DNA of 64,000 nucleotides from Planktothrix sp. GU0601_MAG3 (GTDB lineage Bacteria; Cyanobacteriota; Cyanobacteriia; Cyanobacteriales; Microcoleaceae): NCBI GenBank assembly GCA_035193785.1, contig CP136572.1, positions 1,812,578 to 1,876,577 of the forward strand, read 5' to 3'. Shown piece by piece: positions 12,686 to 25,600 of this stretch (position 1 is its first letter; each line of letters starts with the position of its first letter). The notes under the pieces were generated by a model. It saw only the letters and a program-made list of their open reading frames with translations, ran no database searches and was not told where the DNA came from. The position numbers and the translations under genes were made by a program.

Positions 12686-14441
12686 TCAACGTCTAAGATT
12701 TTGATAATCAGAGATAGAAGCAAGTCGCCAATGGTCATCTTCTGAAAGTTCCAAGACCCATTGATGATAGTTAAACAAACTTTCCCGATGTCCTACACTA
12801 ATAAACGTTGTTTGGGTTTTTTGCAACTGTTGATACAAAAGTTCTTCATTTTTCAAGTCTAAAGCACTGGTGGCTTCATCTAAAATAACATAGTTGGGAT
12901 GGGTGACTAACAATCGGGCAAAGGCTAGGCGTTGTTGTTCTCCTAGGGATAATATATTTTCCCAAGGAACTTCGGCATCAAAGCTATCAACTTTTGTCAC
13001 CACATTTTGCAGATTAACTTGTTGTAAAATATCTTCCAGTTCGGAATCACTCATTTGACGATTGTTTTTAGGATAAAGTAACTGTTCTCGTAGGGTTCCT
13101 AAAATTATATAAGGACGTTGTGGCAAAAACAGAAATTGTTCTAAGGAAGGCCTAATTAATCGACCAGTTTCCCGCATTCCACAAACCAGCAATTGCCCTT
13201 AATAAAGAACTTTTACCCCGACCACTGGGCCCGACAATTAATAAACCTTCTCCCGGTGCAATTGATAATGATAAATTCTCGACAATTACCTTTTCATAAT
13301 CGGGTGTTTTTAGGGTGACATCCTCAAAGGTAATATGGTTTTCTTCGATGGTTTTTATGGTGCTAACATCAGCCGGTTGTTGGGTAACAACTTCTAAGGC
13401 TTGCGAAAATTCAGATAAACGGTCAACATAACTAGAAAACCGTCCAGAAGACCCAAATTCATTGATTAATTCACTAAAACCATTAGCAAACATACTACAA
13501 GCAATAATAGCTTGGTTAACTTGTCCGAAATCAATTTCCCCGCGAATATAGGCGGGAGCGAAGACGATAAACGGAAATATTTGAATAATAGACCGATAGC
13601 TTCTGCTAAAAATATCTTGATTTTTTTCCCAATCAATCTTGCTTATAGAACTTTTCAATAAATTATTAAATCGGCGATAAATAATATTTAATTCTTGATT
13701 TTCACCTTGGAAAAAAGCAATGGATTCAGCATGATTCCGAACATGGGTTAAGCCGTAAGCATAGTTAGCTTTAGATTCAAGTTCTTCTTGAGTAATCCTA
13801 TCTAATTCTTGACTTAAGTTTATGGCAATTAAATTACCGACGATTGTATAGGCCAGCAAAATAGCTGCGGCTAGTTTAGAAATTGACAAAAGAATAATTA
13901 AAAAAGTCGTCATTTCTAGGACTTTTTCTAACAAGGTCGTGGCAAAATTGAGAGCATTTCTGGCAATGGGTTCGATTTCTTGAGCCAGACGTTGATCCGG
14001 GTTATCAACATCCGATCTAAAATTGATTTTATAATAGGCGCGATTACTCAAATATTTTTCTAAAATCTGCCGATTAAGCCATTCATACCAATTCAGAGCA
14101 ATTCTTTTTTTAACAAATTTAGAAAATGCTGTAAACAGGGTAATTAACAACAGCCCCAAACCATAAAATGATACAATCGTAAAAAATTTAGAAGCATCTT
14201 TATCCTGAATAATAACATCAACTAAATAGCGATTAACGAAGCTATTAGCCGCATTAGCAGCCACAAGTCCAATAATTAATAAGACCAGCAGAATTAGCAT
14301 TCCCCAGGAGCCGATTACTTCTGAAAAGCTTCGTCCCTTGGCATCCGTTGGATACCAATAAGATCCAGCAATAACCTTTAAAGCATCCCAAAATTTATTA
14401 AAATTAGCTACGGGTTGTTGGCTCAAAACTTTAGTTTGCAT
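12686..14441 (-). CDS. mcyH: ABC transporter permease/ATPase McyH, ~584 aa after correcting 1 insertion
   Basis: ORFs 13152-14441 (TM helices, NPDQR, Walker A GPSGRGKSS) and 12686-13192 (LSLGEQQR, ILDEATSALD, SVGHR); located between mcyG and mcyA. Confidence 0.93.
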
Positions 14442-14541
14442 ATTTTACAGATAGAGTAGTTGGCTCGGTTGGAGCGGAGTGGTTTTAATTCGATATCTTG
14501 CAAGTGGTTGGCAATTTCCAGCATATTATAATTTGGCTGAT

Positions 14542-17500
14542 TTAATCACTTAAAAAATCCTCCAATTCGGCCAGTTTCTCGCAAAATTAAATCTGCATCG
14601 ACATCCTGCTGAACTTCTGTAGAATTAACGGTGGTCTGCACTATGGTCTGAACTTGCCAACCTAAAACCTGCTGAATCAGATAATCAACTAATCGTCTAA
14701 TATTGGGAAAGTCAAAGACTAAAGAAGCGGGTAATGTCACTTCTAATCCCTTTTCTAAACGATTTTTTAACTCGATAGACAACAAAGAATCAATCCCCAT
14801 TTCTGAGAATCCCTGTTCCGGGTCAGGCATTTGTTTAATTCCTAAAATTATCCCCACTTGTTGGCCAATATATTGAAACAAATGTTCTCGACGTTCTCCG
14901 GGGGTAATATCTTCTAAAAGACGGCGTGTAGAACTTGAATCTTGAACAGATTTAATTATATTTTGAGGTTGTCCCAATCTTTTTAGCAGGGGTTTATCGC
15001 CTTGAAATTCATAGATATTTCTGAAGTGAACCCAATCTATATCAGCAACTAAAATTTGTGTTTCATTGGATTCAATTATAGCATCCATTACGGAAAATGC
15101 CCTATCTAGCTCAATTTCCTTCATGCCAATCTGTTTAAGCCAATCTTCATACTCTGGGGAAACAATCCCATTTCCTGCCAATAATGCCCAATTCAAAGTA
15201 GTAGCAGGTAATCCTTGAAGACGACGCATAATAGCTAAGGAATCCATCAAATTACTAACTGCATCATATAAGCCTTGTTGTTTCGCTCCCCAAACTGCAC
15301 CCGCCGAAGAAAATAGGACAAAATAGTCTAATTGAGTGGCTAAAGATAAGCGATGTAAATTCCAAGAACCTTGAACTTTTGCTTGAAAAACTGTTTGGAG
15401 ATCGGCAAATGTACATTCGCTTAATTGCGCTTGGCGTCCTGAAACTCCAGCAAGATGGAAAACCCCGCGCAGGGGATAGGCTGTTTTTTCGATTTTTGCC
15501 CATATTGCTTGCATTTGCGAAAAATCCCCGACGTCCGCCTGACAAACTTCCACAGATGCTCCTTTTTGCTCTAAAATCCTGAGATTTTCCAAGATTTCGG
15601 CAAATTCTGTGGACATCTCCGAACCCGGGGGAAAGGGGCGGCGGGTGGTCAAAATCAGATGTTTTGCCCCTAAATCAACCAAATGACCAGCTAGGGCCAA
15701 ACCGAGATGACCAATACCTCCGGTGATTAAATAGGTCGCTGCCGCTTGAATAGTCAATGGTTTTTTCGGTGGAGATACCGATGGGACTAGACGCCCCAGA
15801 TGGGCTTGGCCATTGCGGAAACAGCAGATGATCTTCGCCGATGGCATGGGTCAATCCTAGGAGTAAATCGGCAATATTTTGAGTAATATCGGCGCTGGGG
15901 TCAAGATCGATCATTCCTCCCCATAATTCTGGGTTTTCTAAGGAAATAACCCGCCCCAAGGCCCAAAGTGGAGACTGGGTGATAAAAGTGGGCTGTTTGA
16001 GTTCAAAGGGTTGACCCCCTTGGGTAACCAGAAATAATTTGGGAGAATTAGGGGTTTTTTGAATAGCTTGGAGAAGATTTAACAAGTAGTGACAGCGATT
16101 TAATAAAATAGATTCAGGTTGCTCTTGATGGTCAGCATTCAAAAGATAAATAATATTATGGGGCGATGGATTTTCCCCAAACCATGCCTTTAGTTGTTCT
16201 GGTTGATGGGCATTTAAACCATACTCGAATTGTGATAATTGAGTGCTATTTTGTCCTTGATAAATTATCGTACAGGAGCCATAATTTTTGCTTAGTTGTT
16301 CTTGAAGGGAACGGGGAAGATGATCTTTTTCGGGGTGACTATCGGTAAAAATTAGCCAATTTTCTGAAATATTACTGGCTTTTTTAGTATTTTGAGCAAT
16401 AATAATACTTTGCTGGAATAAAGCACTACCAATTTTTTGATCAGGGGATACAAATTCCGCTTGGGCAAAACCAGATTTCAGTAGAATAGATTGCCAAGTA
16501 GATGCGCTAATAATGGGATGATGGGGGCGTAAATGCTCATCGCTAAAACGCCACCAACCTTGGGTAATACCAAAGATTAAATCAATCCATTTAGACTGAT
16601 GGGTCAGTTCTAGTAATAGCAATTGACCACCGGGACGCAGCAAACTTTGAATATGAGGTAAGGTTTCTGCTTGTAAATCTCGCGTGGAATGCAAGACATT
16701 AGCCGCAATAATTAAATCATAGGAACCGAGGGAAAATCCTTGGGATTTCGGATCTTTTTCTATGTCGAGAACTTGATAGTTAATGTTGGGAAATTGAGTA
16801 AAATTCTCTTTAGCTATCTCCAGAAAGAATGGCGAAACATCGGTAAAGGTATAGGTAATTTGATCGGAATTACAAGCGTTGAGAACTTGCTGGGTAGTTG
16901 CTCCGGTTCCAGCGCCAATTTCGAGAATCCGCAGGGGTTTCGGAGGGGGAATGGTTGGATAATAAAAGTTCAACGGTTTTAGAAATACTCAGGTTGAGAA
17001 CTTTTGCCCAGGATGTATTTTTATAAAATTCGGCGGCTCCGATTTTTTCATTTTGAGAAAATAAGATAGATAAAGGGGCAATTTTTCCCGTTAGGATGGC
17101 GGCTAAATTGGCAGCAACTCGCTGAAATAGGGTGAGTTCTATTAGGGCGTTTGGATATTGATTAATTAAATTTTCTACGGTTAAATCAGGATGGGATTGT
17201 TGCGGTTCTTTGATGATTTTCCAGCCAGAATCCTGCTTTTCTAAAATGCCTGTTTCTGCTAAGATTTTGAGACAATGATTCCAGAGTAATTGATATTCTG
17301 ATTTAATCCCAGCTTGACGGAAACTTTCATCGGTGGAAAGCATTGTATGGAGTTGAAAGAGTTCTAAATCTTTTAGGGCTTTAACAATAAAATCCGCACT
17401 GAGTTTTTCCATTTCAGCAAAGGCTAAGGAAACTCCTGTCAATGGTGCGAATTGTATTTGTTTTTCCACATAAACATCTAAATCCGCTTGAATTGTTGCG

Positions 17501-20500
17501 AGATTTTGTAATTTTTGGTTTGCCAAATTATCAGGGAACCATTTTACCTGATAGAGTAGGTTTTCCCAATCAAAATTATTTGTTTCTTGATGATGAAGTT
17601 GAATTAATTGTTGAACAATAGCCGATACCGTTTGTTTTTCTGCTTCTGAATAATTCCCGGTTGCTAACAGCGTTTGCATCAAGCTATTAGTATTTTTATT
17701 AGCCAACATCTTGACCAAGTTAGATTCTTGAGCCACCGTGGTTAATTCGGTTTTTAAGGGTAGCCAATGGCGACGTTGTTGAAAGGGATAAGTGGGTAAA
17801 GAACATCGGCTACAATCATAATCTTTATTAAAGCCAAACCAATCAATATTTGAACCACGAACATAAAGTTTACCCAGACTTTCTAAGAGGACTTGCCAAT
17901 CAGAAAATCCTGAGCGCAAACTTGGTAATATTAGGGGGTTAGATGAAGATATTGATGACTGAATAATACCTAAAAGAACGGGTTGGGGGCCGATTTCAAT
18001 AAAAGTATCACATCCGAGGGATTGGAGAGATAAAACTCCTTGATGGAATTGTACGGTCTGTAATAGGTGTTGCAGCCAATATTCGGGAGTAATAATACGA
18101 TCATCGGCAATTTCTCCGGTTAGGTTGGAGATTAGGGGAATTTGGGGTTGAGCAAAATCAATTTCCTGTAGAATGGTTTTAAATTCTTCACAAATTGGCT
18201 CTATTAAGGGGGAGTGAAAGCCGTGGGAAACTTTGAGTTTGCGAACTTTAATTCCCGTATTATTAAAGTGTTCACAAAGTTGTTGAATTAATTTTTTATC
18301 CCCGGAAATAACGGTATGTTGGTCGGTATTAATGGCGGCGATCGCAATTTTTATTCCTTGATTTTGGCAATGTTCAAGAACTGATTTTTGATCGAGGAAA
18401 ATAGCGGCCATGGCTCCTTGATTTTCAGGCAATTGACCGATAAGACAGCCTCGATTTATCACCAGTTTTAAGCCACTTTCCAGATCAAAAACCCCAGCAA
18501 AACAAGCCGCAGCATATTCTCCTAAACTGTGTCCTAAAATAGCGATCGGTTTAATTCCCCAAGACTGCCATAATTGAGCTAAAGCAACTTCAATTATAAA
18601 TAAAGCGGGCTGGGTATAGGAGGTTTGAGTTAAGATTTCATCGGAATTAGCAAATATAATTTCTAGTAAGGATTTACCTGTTAGTTTTTGATATATGCTT
18701 TCCCCTTGATCTAAGGTTTGCCGAAAAGTAGGTTGGGTTTGATAAAGTTGATGCGCCATTCCCGCATATTGAGAACCTTGTCCTGTGAACAAAAAGGCAA
18801 TTTTTGGCGGTTGTTTTTCATTAACTTGATCCTGAATAATTAACCCTTGATCTGGTTGTCCAAACTGACGTAATTTTGTGATAAAATCGCTGTTTTTGGA
18901 GCCTATTACTGCCAAACGATTTGAGAAGTGAACTCGACCAGTATTGGCGGTAAAGACGACATCAGAAATATTACTTTCGGGGTGATTTTCCCAAAATTCT
19001 ACATAGTTATTGACTAAATCTTTTAAAGCCTGTGGGGTTTCTAGCGGAAATTGTGAGTAAATGAATCGGCGGTTTAGTTTGATTTTGTTGGGGAATAACC
19101 GCCGGAGCTTCTTCTAAAATAATATGGGCATTCACCCCTCCAATTCCTAGGGAATTAACCCCCGCCCGTCGAGGCAATTCCTGTCCATTTTGTTGTTTAT
19201 TTTGCCAGGGTATGGCTTCAGTATTAATATAAAAAGGAGTCTTAGAAAAATCAATTTGAGGGTTGGGATTTTGGAAATGTAAGGTCGGGGGAATAATTTG
19301 ATGTTTCAGTGCTAAAGTTGCTTTAATTAAACCTACAATACCGGAGGCAATTTGCATATGTCCGATGTTTGTTTTGACCGAACCTAAAGCACATTCTCCC
19401 TGATTTGCCGCACTATAAGCTTTAGCTAAAGCATCAACTTCGATGGGGTCTCCTAGGGTTGTTCCTGTACCGTGAGCTTCGATAAAACTAATTGTATTCG
19501 CATCGACACCAGCAAAGGCTAAGGCTTCGGCTGCCACTGAAATTTGACCCTCTCCCCCGGGGGCAGTAAATCCCAATTTTGTCCCCCCATCATTGTTAAT
19601 CGCAGAGCCTTTAATAACGGCATAAATTTGATCATTATCAGCTAAAGCATCTGATAATCTTTTTAGTAAAACCACTCCGACGCCACTCCCAAAAATAGTT
19701 CCTTGGGCTTGAGCATCAAAGGCACGACAATGCCCATCGCCAGAAAGAATTAAACCTTCTTGATATAAATAACCAATTTTTTGTGGAGAGTTAATGGAAG
19801 CGGCTCCGGCTAAAGCCATGTCACTTTCTCCATTAATTAGACTCTGGCAAGCTAGATGAACTACGACTAATCCTGTGGAACAAGCTGTTTGAATATTAAC
19901 ACTTGGCCCGCGTAAGTTTAGTTTATAAGAAATTCTTGTGGTTAAATAATCTTTATCGTTAGCTACCATTGTTTGGAACCCCCCCATTGAATCTAATGTG
20001 AAGGGTTGTAACTGATCATTACTATCTAATTGACCGCGATTTGGATAACAGTTATTGATTAAATATGTGTTCATACTTGCCCCAGCAAATATGCCAATTG
20101 CTCCTGGATAGGAGTTGGGATTATAACCCGCATTTTCTAAACATTCCCAACTCGATTGTAGGAGTAAACGTTGTTGAGGATCGAGCAATTCTGCCTCTCG
20201 GTTTGTGTATCCAAAAAACTCGCTATCAAAATATTCAACTTGGTCGAGAATGGGTCGGGCTCTAATATAATTGGGCTGATTAAATAGTTTCAGGAGAAAC
20301 CCCCGATTCTAATAGCTCCTCCTCAGAAAAGAAAGAGATTGTTTCGATTCCATTTTGCAAATTTTCCCAGAAAGTTGTGAGATTGTTGGCTCCAGGAAAT
20401 TGTCCAGCCATGCCGATAATGGCAATATCATGGGTTTCCTGTTGACGACGGGAGCGATTTTCTGCCCGTTGACGGCTTTTTTGTGCCGTTTCCGGGGTGG

Positions 20501-22472
20501 AATTTGATTTTTCACTTAAGAAACGGGCTAAGGTGGCAACGGTAGAATTTTTAAACATTTCAGCTATGGGTAACTGACGATTAAAAAGTTTTTCTAGTTG
20601 GCTGTGTACCCGAATTAGGAGTAAAGAATGTCCTCCTAGTTCAAAAAAGTTATCGTTTAAACCCACTGAAGTTAATTGTAAAACTTCACACCAAATTGTT
20701 GCTATTTGGCGTTCATTTTCCGATTGGGGTAAGGTGCGGTTTTTCTGGCGATCGCTCTCTAAATATTGATTGATTTCTTGAATACGACCAGTAAATAATC
20801 CCTGTGCAAAATCTTTTTTTAATTTTGATTTTTGGACTTTACCAATAGAGGTTTTAGGAATTAAATCAGTCTCTAAGGGAATAACATAAGCTGGGGCAAT
20901 TCCGACTTTTTGAGTTAAATGACTGCGGATTTTTCTAACGACTTTTACCCATTGCTCAAAATCATCTAATTCGGGACTAAAAACAATAATTAATAAATCA
21001 GTCTCTTGGGTTTGATCAAATACGGCAAATGCCGCCGTATAGGAAACATTTACTCCCTCTAATTCTTCTATTATTGTTTCAATTTCATGGGCAAAGTAAT
21101 TAATTCCATTAATAATAATTTCTTGTTTTTCTCTACCTGTGATAAAGAGTTCTCCATTCAATAAATAAGCTAAATCTCCTGTGTTAAACCAACCTTCATC
21201 TTGAAAAACTTCTTGATTCAGTTCCCGATTGTGATAATATCCTTTAGTGACAGACTTGCCTTTGATTTGAAGTCGTCCAATTTCGGCTTCGGGTAAAATA
21301 TTATTCTTTTGATCAACAATGCGAATAGTAGCCCCTGGAATTGGCTTTCCCAGAGAGATAATAGTGTTTTCTTCTGTCAGTTCATCTTGGCTTAAACCCG
21401 CAGACCAAGTAATTCCAGAACCAGATTCCGTCATCCCAAATGCTGGTTTGATGGCCCTATCTGGTAATTGATGTTTTTCGAGAATTTCTAAAAATAGGCG
21501 GATAGTTTTAATAGAAACTTGCTCTCCAGCATTGACTAAAAATTTCATGGAGGAGAGATTATAAGAAGATTGATTAAGTTGTTCAGACTGTTGATTAATT
21601 AGGGAAAATGCAAAGTTAGGAGCCCAAGAAATAGTCGCTTGATGTTTTTGAATTAGATCTAACCATTTCAGGGGTTGAGGTAAAATTAATTCCATCGGAA
21701 CATGGATTTGATTACAGGCTAAATCCACCGCCATAATTCCTAAAAATACGATGGCTCCTGCATGGTCTAAGGGCATCCAATTCAGGGTAACTTCCTGTTG
21801 GGTAAAGTTATTCATTGCCACTGTTCCAGCAGACATGGATAACACATTATTATGGGTTAAAATCACCCCTTTTGGCATCCCTGTACTGCCAGAAGTAAAT
21901 AGTAATAGGGCTGGATTTTCTGGATTAAGATCAGGTAATGAATAACATTTTTTAGGGATGTTATCGGACGGGGAATTTGATTGAGATCCTATAGATCTTA
22001 GATAATCAATTGAGACTACTTGCAATCCTTTGAGATGGGATTGAGTTTCTAGTTGTTGGATTTTAGTAATTAATTCATTATCGGATAAAATTAAGGGTTG
22101 TTCTAAAATTTCCCAGACATTTTCCAGTTTTTTAACTGCTGAGTTTTCTAGTTCATAATCAGGGGCAACGCTCAGAGGTACGGTCATAATTCCTCCTAAA
22201 AAACAAGCCCAAAGTGCGGGAATAAAATCTTTATTTTTAGCAATTTGTAAGATAACTTTATCTCCTAACTTGATCCCACGCTGATCAAGCCCATCTAAAA
22301 TAGTGAGAGCGTCATTATATAAATCTTGATAAGTTTGAAAATATTCGGTTGCGTCATTTCCAATATAGGTAATGCCCTGATTTTCATATTTAGCAGCATT
22401 AGCTAAGACTTCTGAAAGTGTCCGCCAATTATCTTTTAATTGCCCTCCAGAACTGATTGAATGCTTAAGCAT
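14542..22472 (-). CDS. mcyG: Hybrid NRPS/PKS McyG (A-T-KS-AT-CM-KR-ACP), ~2641 aa after correcting 5 insertions
   Basis: Starter A domain (LFTSGSTGMPKG; DHAGA with a non-acidic residue at the GrsA Asp235 position, as expected for a non-amino-acid starter), T (LGGHSL), KS (QTACSTG, HGTGT), AT (GHSLG, HGFHS), C-MT (LEIGAGTG), KR (GGIGHLG) and ACP (GIDSL). Corrected end ...ELAELEDFLSD* at 14542. Confidence 0.95.
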
Positions 22473-22681
22473 TTTTCCTTCCTATGTTTTTTCATAAAAT
22501 TGAGTTTACCATAGTCTTACGCCGCCGTACAGAGGACGGACTTGATTTTAATTCATAAATTTATTTAATAAATTCGGTGGTAATATTCCATCCTTTGATA
22601 TTGGCTACAAATACTTGATCTGGTAGCTAATCACTTTTTTCTATCCCCCGTGTTTCCGGTATTCCCTTGCCATCTGGGATA

Positions 22682-25600
22682 TTAGAAATTAAAATCTTCA
22701 GCGAATAAGTCGCCATATTCTTGGCTAGAATTGCTTAACTCTAAAGATAGCTTTATCAATGGTTGATCAGGGTATTTTATCACTTGTTCGATCAGATTGT
22801 CTAATAAGTTAATCAGCGATAAAATCCGCTCATTAACAAATATATCCGTATTGTAGATTAGCTTCAAGTACAATTCTATTTCCTCAACAAAAATGAATTC
22901 CAAATCGAATTTAGCCGTCGTCATCTCTGGGTCAATGGAGTTAACTGTAATTCCTTCTAGTGCGAGATCAACATTTTGATTATTTTGCAGGACAACGGCA
23001 ACATCAAAGAGGGCATTTCGACTGGGATCGCGCGGTAAATTGAGATCTGAAACTATTTTATCAAAAGGATATTCTTGGTTTTCATAAGCCTCTAATGTGG
23101 TGGTTTTTACCTTAGCAAGAACATTCAAAAAACTGTCATCTGCTGTAATTTGATTTCGCAGGACTAAAGTATTAACATAAAAGCCAATTTGTGATTCTAA
23201 ATCGGGATGATTTCTGCCCGCAATGGGAGAACCGACTGTAATCTCATTTTGTTCGGTATAACGAAACAGAAAACTCTTAACTAAAGTCAGTAACCCCATA
23301 AATAAACTAGCTTCTTGGTCTTTAATTAATATCTCAAAATGCTTGATTAGTTCTGAATTTGGTTTCCAGATCACCGTCTTTCCTTGAAAACTTTGAACGG
23401 CGGGTCGAGGATAATCAAAGGGTAAGTTAAGATGTTGAGGAGCCGGAGTCAACTGGGTTAACCAGTAATCACGTTGGGCTTGAAGTTTCGATGTTTTTAA
23501 CTGATTTTCTTGCCAGTCAGTATAATCTTTATAGTGAATTTTTAGAGGGGGTAGTAACTCTGAATTTTGTTGTCGATATGTGTGATAATACCCCAGGAAA
23601 TCTTTAATTAAAACCCCGGCCGACCAACCATCAGAAATGATATGGTGCATATTAAATAAAACGATATAATTCTCTTGACTCAGTTTGAGCAATTTAACTT
23701 GGAGTAAGGGCCCTACTTCTAAATCAAAAGTAGTCTTGGCATTATGGGAAATCGCTTCAGCAATTAGTTTGGCTTGTTCTGTTTCTAAATAATTTGTCAG
23801 GTCTATTTGTTTAATGCCAAAATTCATTTGATTGTGTACAACTTGACGCGGTTGATTATCTATTAGGGTGAAGGTAGTTCGCAAAATTTCGTGGCGTTGA
23901 ATTAACTGTTGAAAAGCATTTTCAAAAGCCGCAATATTCAGATTGCCTTTGAATTGATAAACACTGGGCATTCCATAGGCATTATGATTACGATCAAGAA
24001 ATTCTAAAGCCCAAAGACGACGTTGCCCATGGGACATCGGATAGGATTTTTGCAGAGGAATTGTGGGGATGGGTTTCTTGATAATCATATTCGGTTTTAG
24101 AGACTAAAACGGCTAATCCGGCAATGGTAGGAACTTTAAAGAAGTCAGCCAATTTTACCGATACATTTAATTCTTTATGAACATGGGTTACGATTCTCGA
24201 AAGCATCAGAGAATGTCCGCCAATTTCAAAGAAGTTATCAAAAATACCGATAGGATGTTTAGTTAGAATCTTTTCCCAGATTTGAACTAGGTTTGACTCT
24301 AAATTATTACGCGGTGCAACATAATTTACCTGGGAAGATTTCCCGGTTTCGTTGAGTGTAATCAGCGAGTTTAAGTCAAGTTTGCCATGTTTAGTTAGGG
24401 GAAATTGCTTTAAGAAAATAAAGTAACTAGGAATCATATAAACTGGCAGAAAATTAGCTAAAAATTCTCTAATTTCAGAAATTTCTATCTGTTTATCTGT
24501 CTGACAATAGGCTGATAATTGAGTTTGATTATTGACCTGAATTGGGAGAATAATAGCTCTCTCAATCTGAGGATAACGATTCAGTTGATATTCAATTTCT
24601 CCGGGGTCGATACGATAGCCATTTATCTTAACTTGATTGTCTTTTCTGCCCATAAATTCAATCACACCGGGGGCAGTTTGTTTCCCTAAATCTCCAGTTC
24701 TAAACAGTGTTGTTTTCTGATCAAAAAGACCGGGTTTAAATTTTTCTTTTGTGATTTGAGGAAGATTGTGATAACCCGATGCTAAGGCGGCACCTTCAAC
24801 ACAAATTTCCCCAACTATATGTAGAGGAAGCGGATGATTAAATTCATCCAGAACAAATAGCCGATTATTATGGAAAACTTGACCTAGGGGTACGTCTGTA
24901 TCTAAATTTTCGTTGATTTTGTATTGAGATACTCCGACACAAGTTTCTGTTGAAACCATAAACATTACTAACAATTTTTCCTGGAAAACGTTGGCGTAAA
25001 GCTATGGCTGTTTCTCGGTCTAATTTCTCTCCCCCTACGGAGATATATTTTAGGCTAGAAATAGTTTCTCCTGGTTCGAGTAAACCTAAAATTTCTCGAT
25101 AAATAGATGGTGTTGTGTGGAGGGCGTTAATTTGATTTTCCTGTAAAAAGGAAACTAAATGTCCGATATATTTGACTTCGTAAATATATAAGGGAGCACC
25201 TATTGTTAAAGGTAGGAAAATATTACGAATAGATGGGTCGTGGGTGACAGCAGCCGTAAAAATATAGCGCCATTCAGGATATTTATCTAAATCAAAGGTG
25301 AGGCGTAAACTCTGAATTACATTCAAAATAGAGAGATGGCGACCCATGACTCCTTTAGGATTTCCCGTGGAACCAGAAGTATAGAAAATATAGGCGATTT
25401 GGCTAGAATCCGGCGGAATATTAGGCTCTTTATTGCCATATTTTGCTAAAATATTAGCAATTTTATCTAAGCAAATTGTCTCTATTTCTTGAGGCAATTT
25501 GGAGATAAAATTACTCTCAGTTAGACAAACATGACAACCACTATCTTTGATAATAAAATCTATGCGATTATTCGGATATTCGGCATCTATGGGAACATAG

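Noticed and set aside
22473..22681. IS element or footprint in the mcyE-mcyG spacer
   Set aside because: Only 209 bp, with no transposase ORF and no convincing terminal inverted repeats or target duplication.
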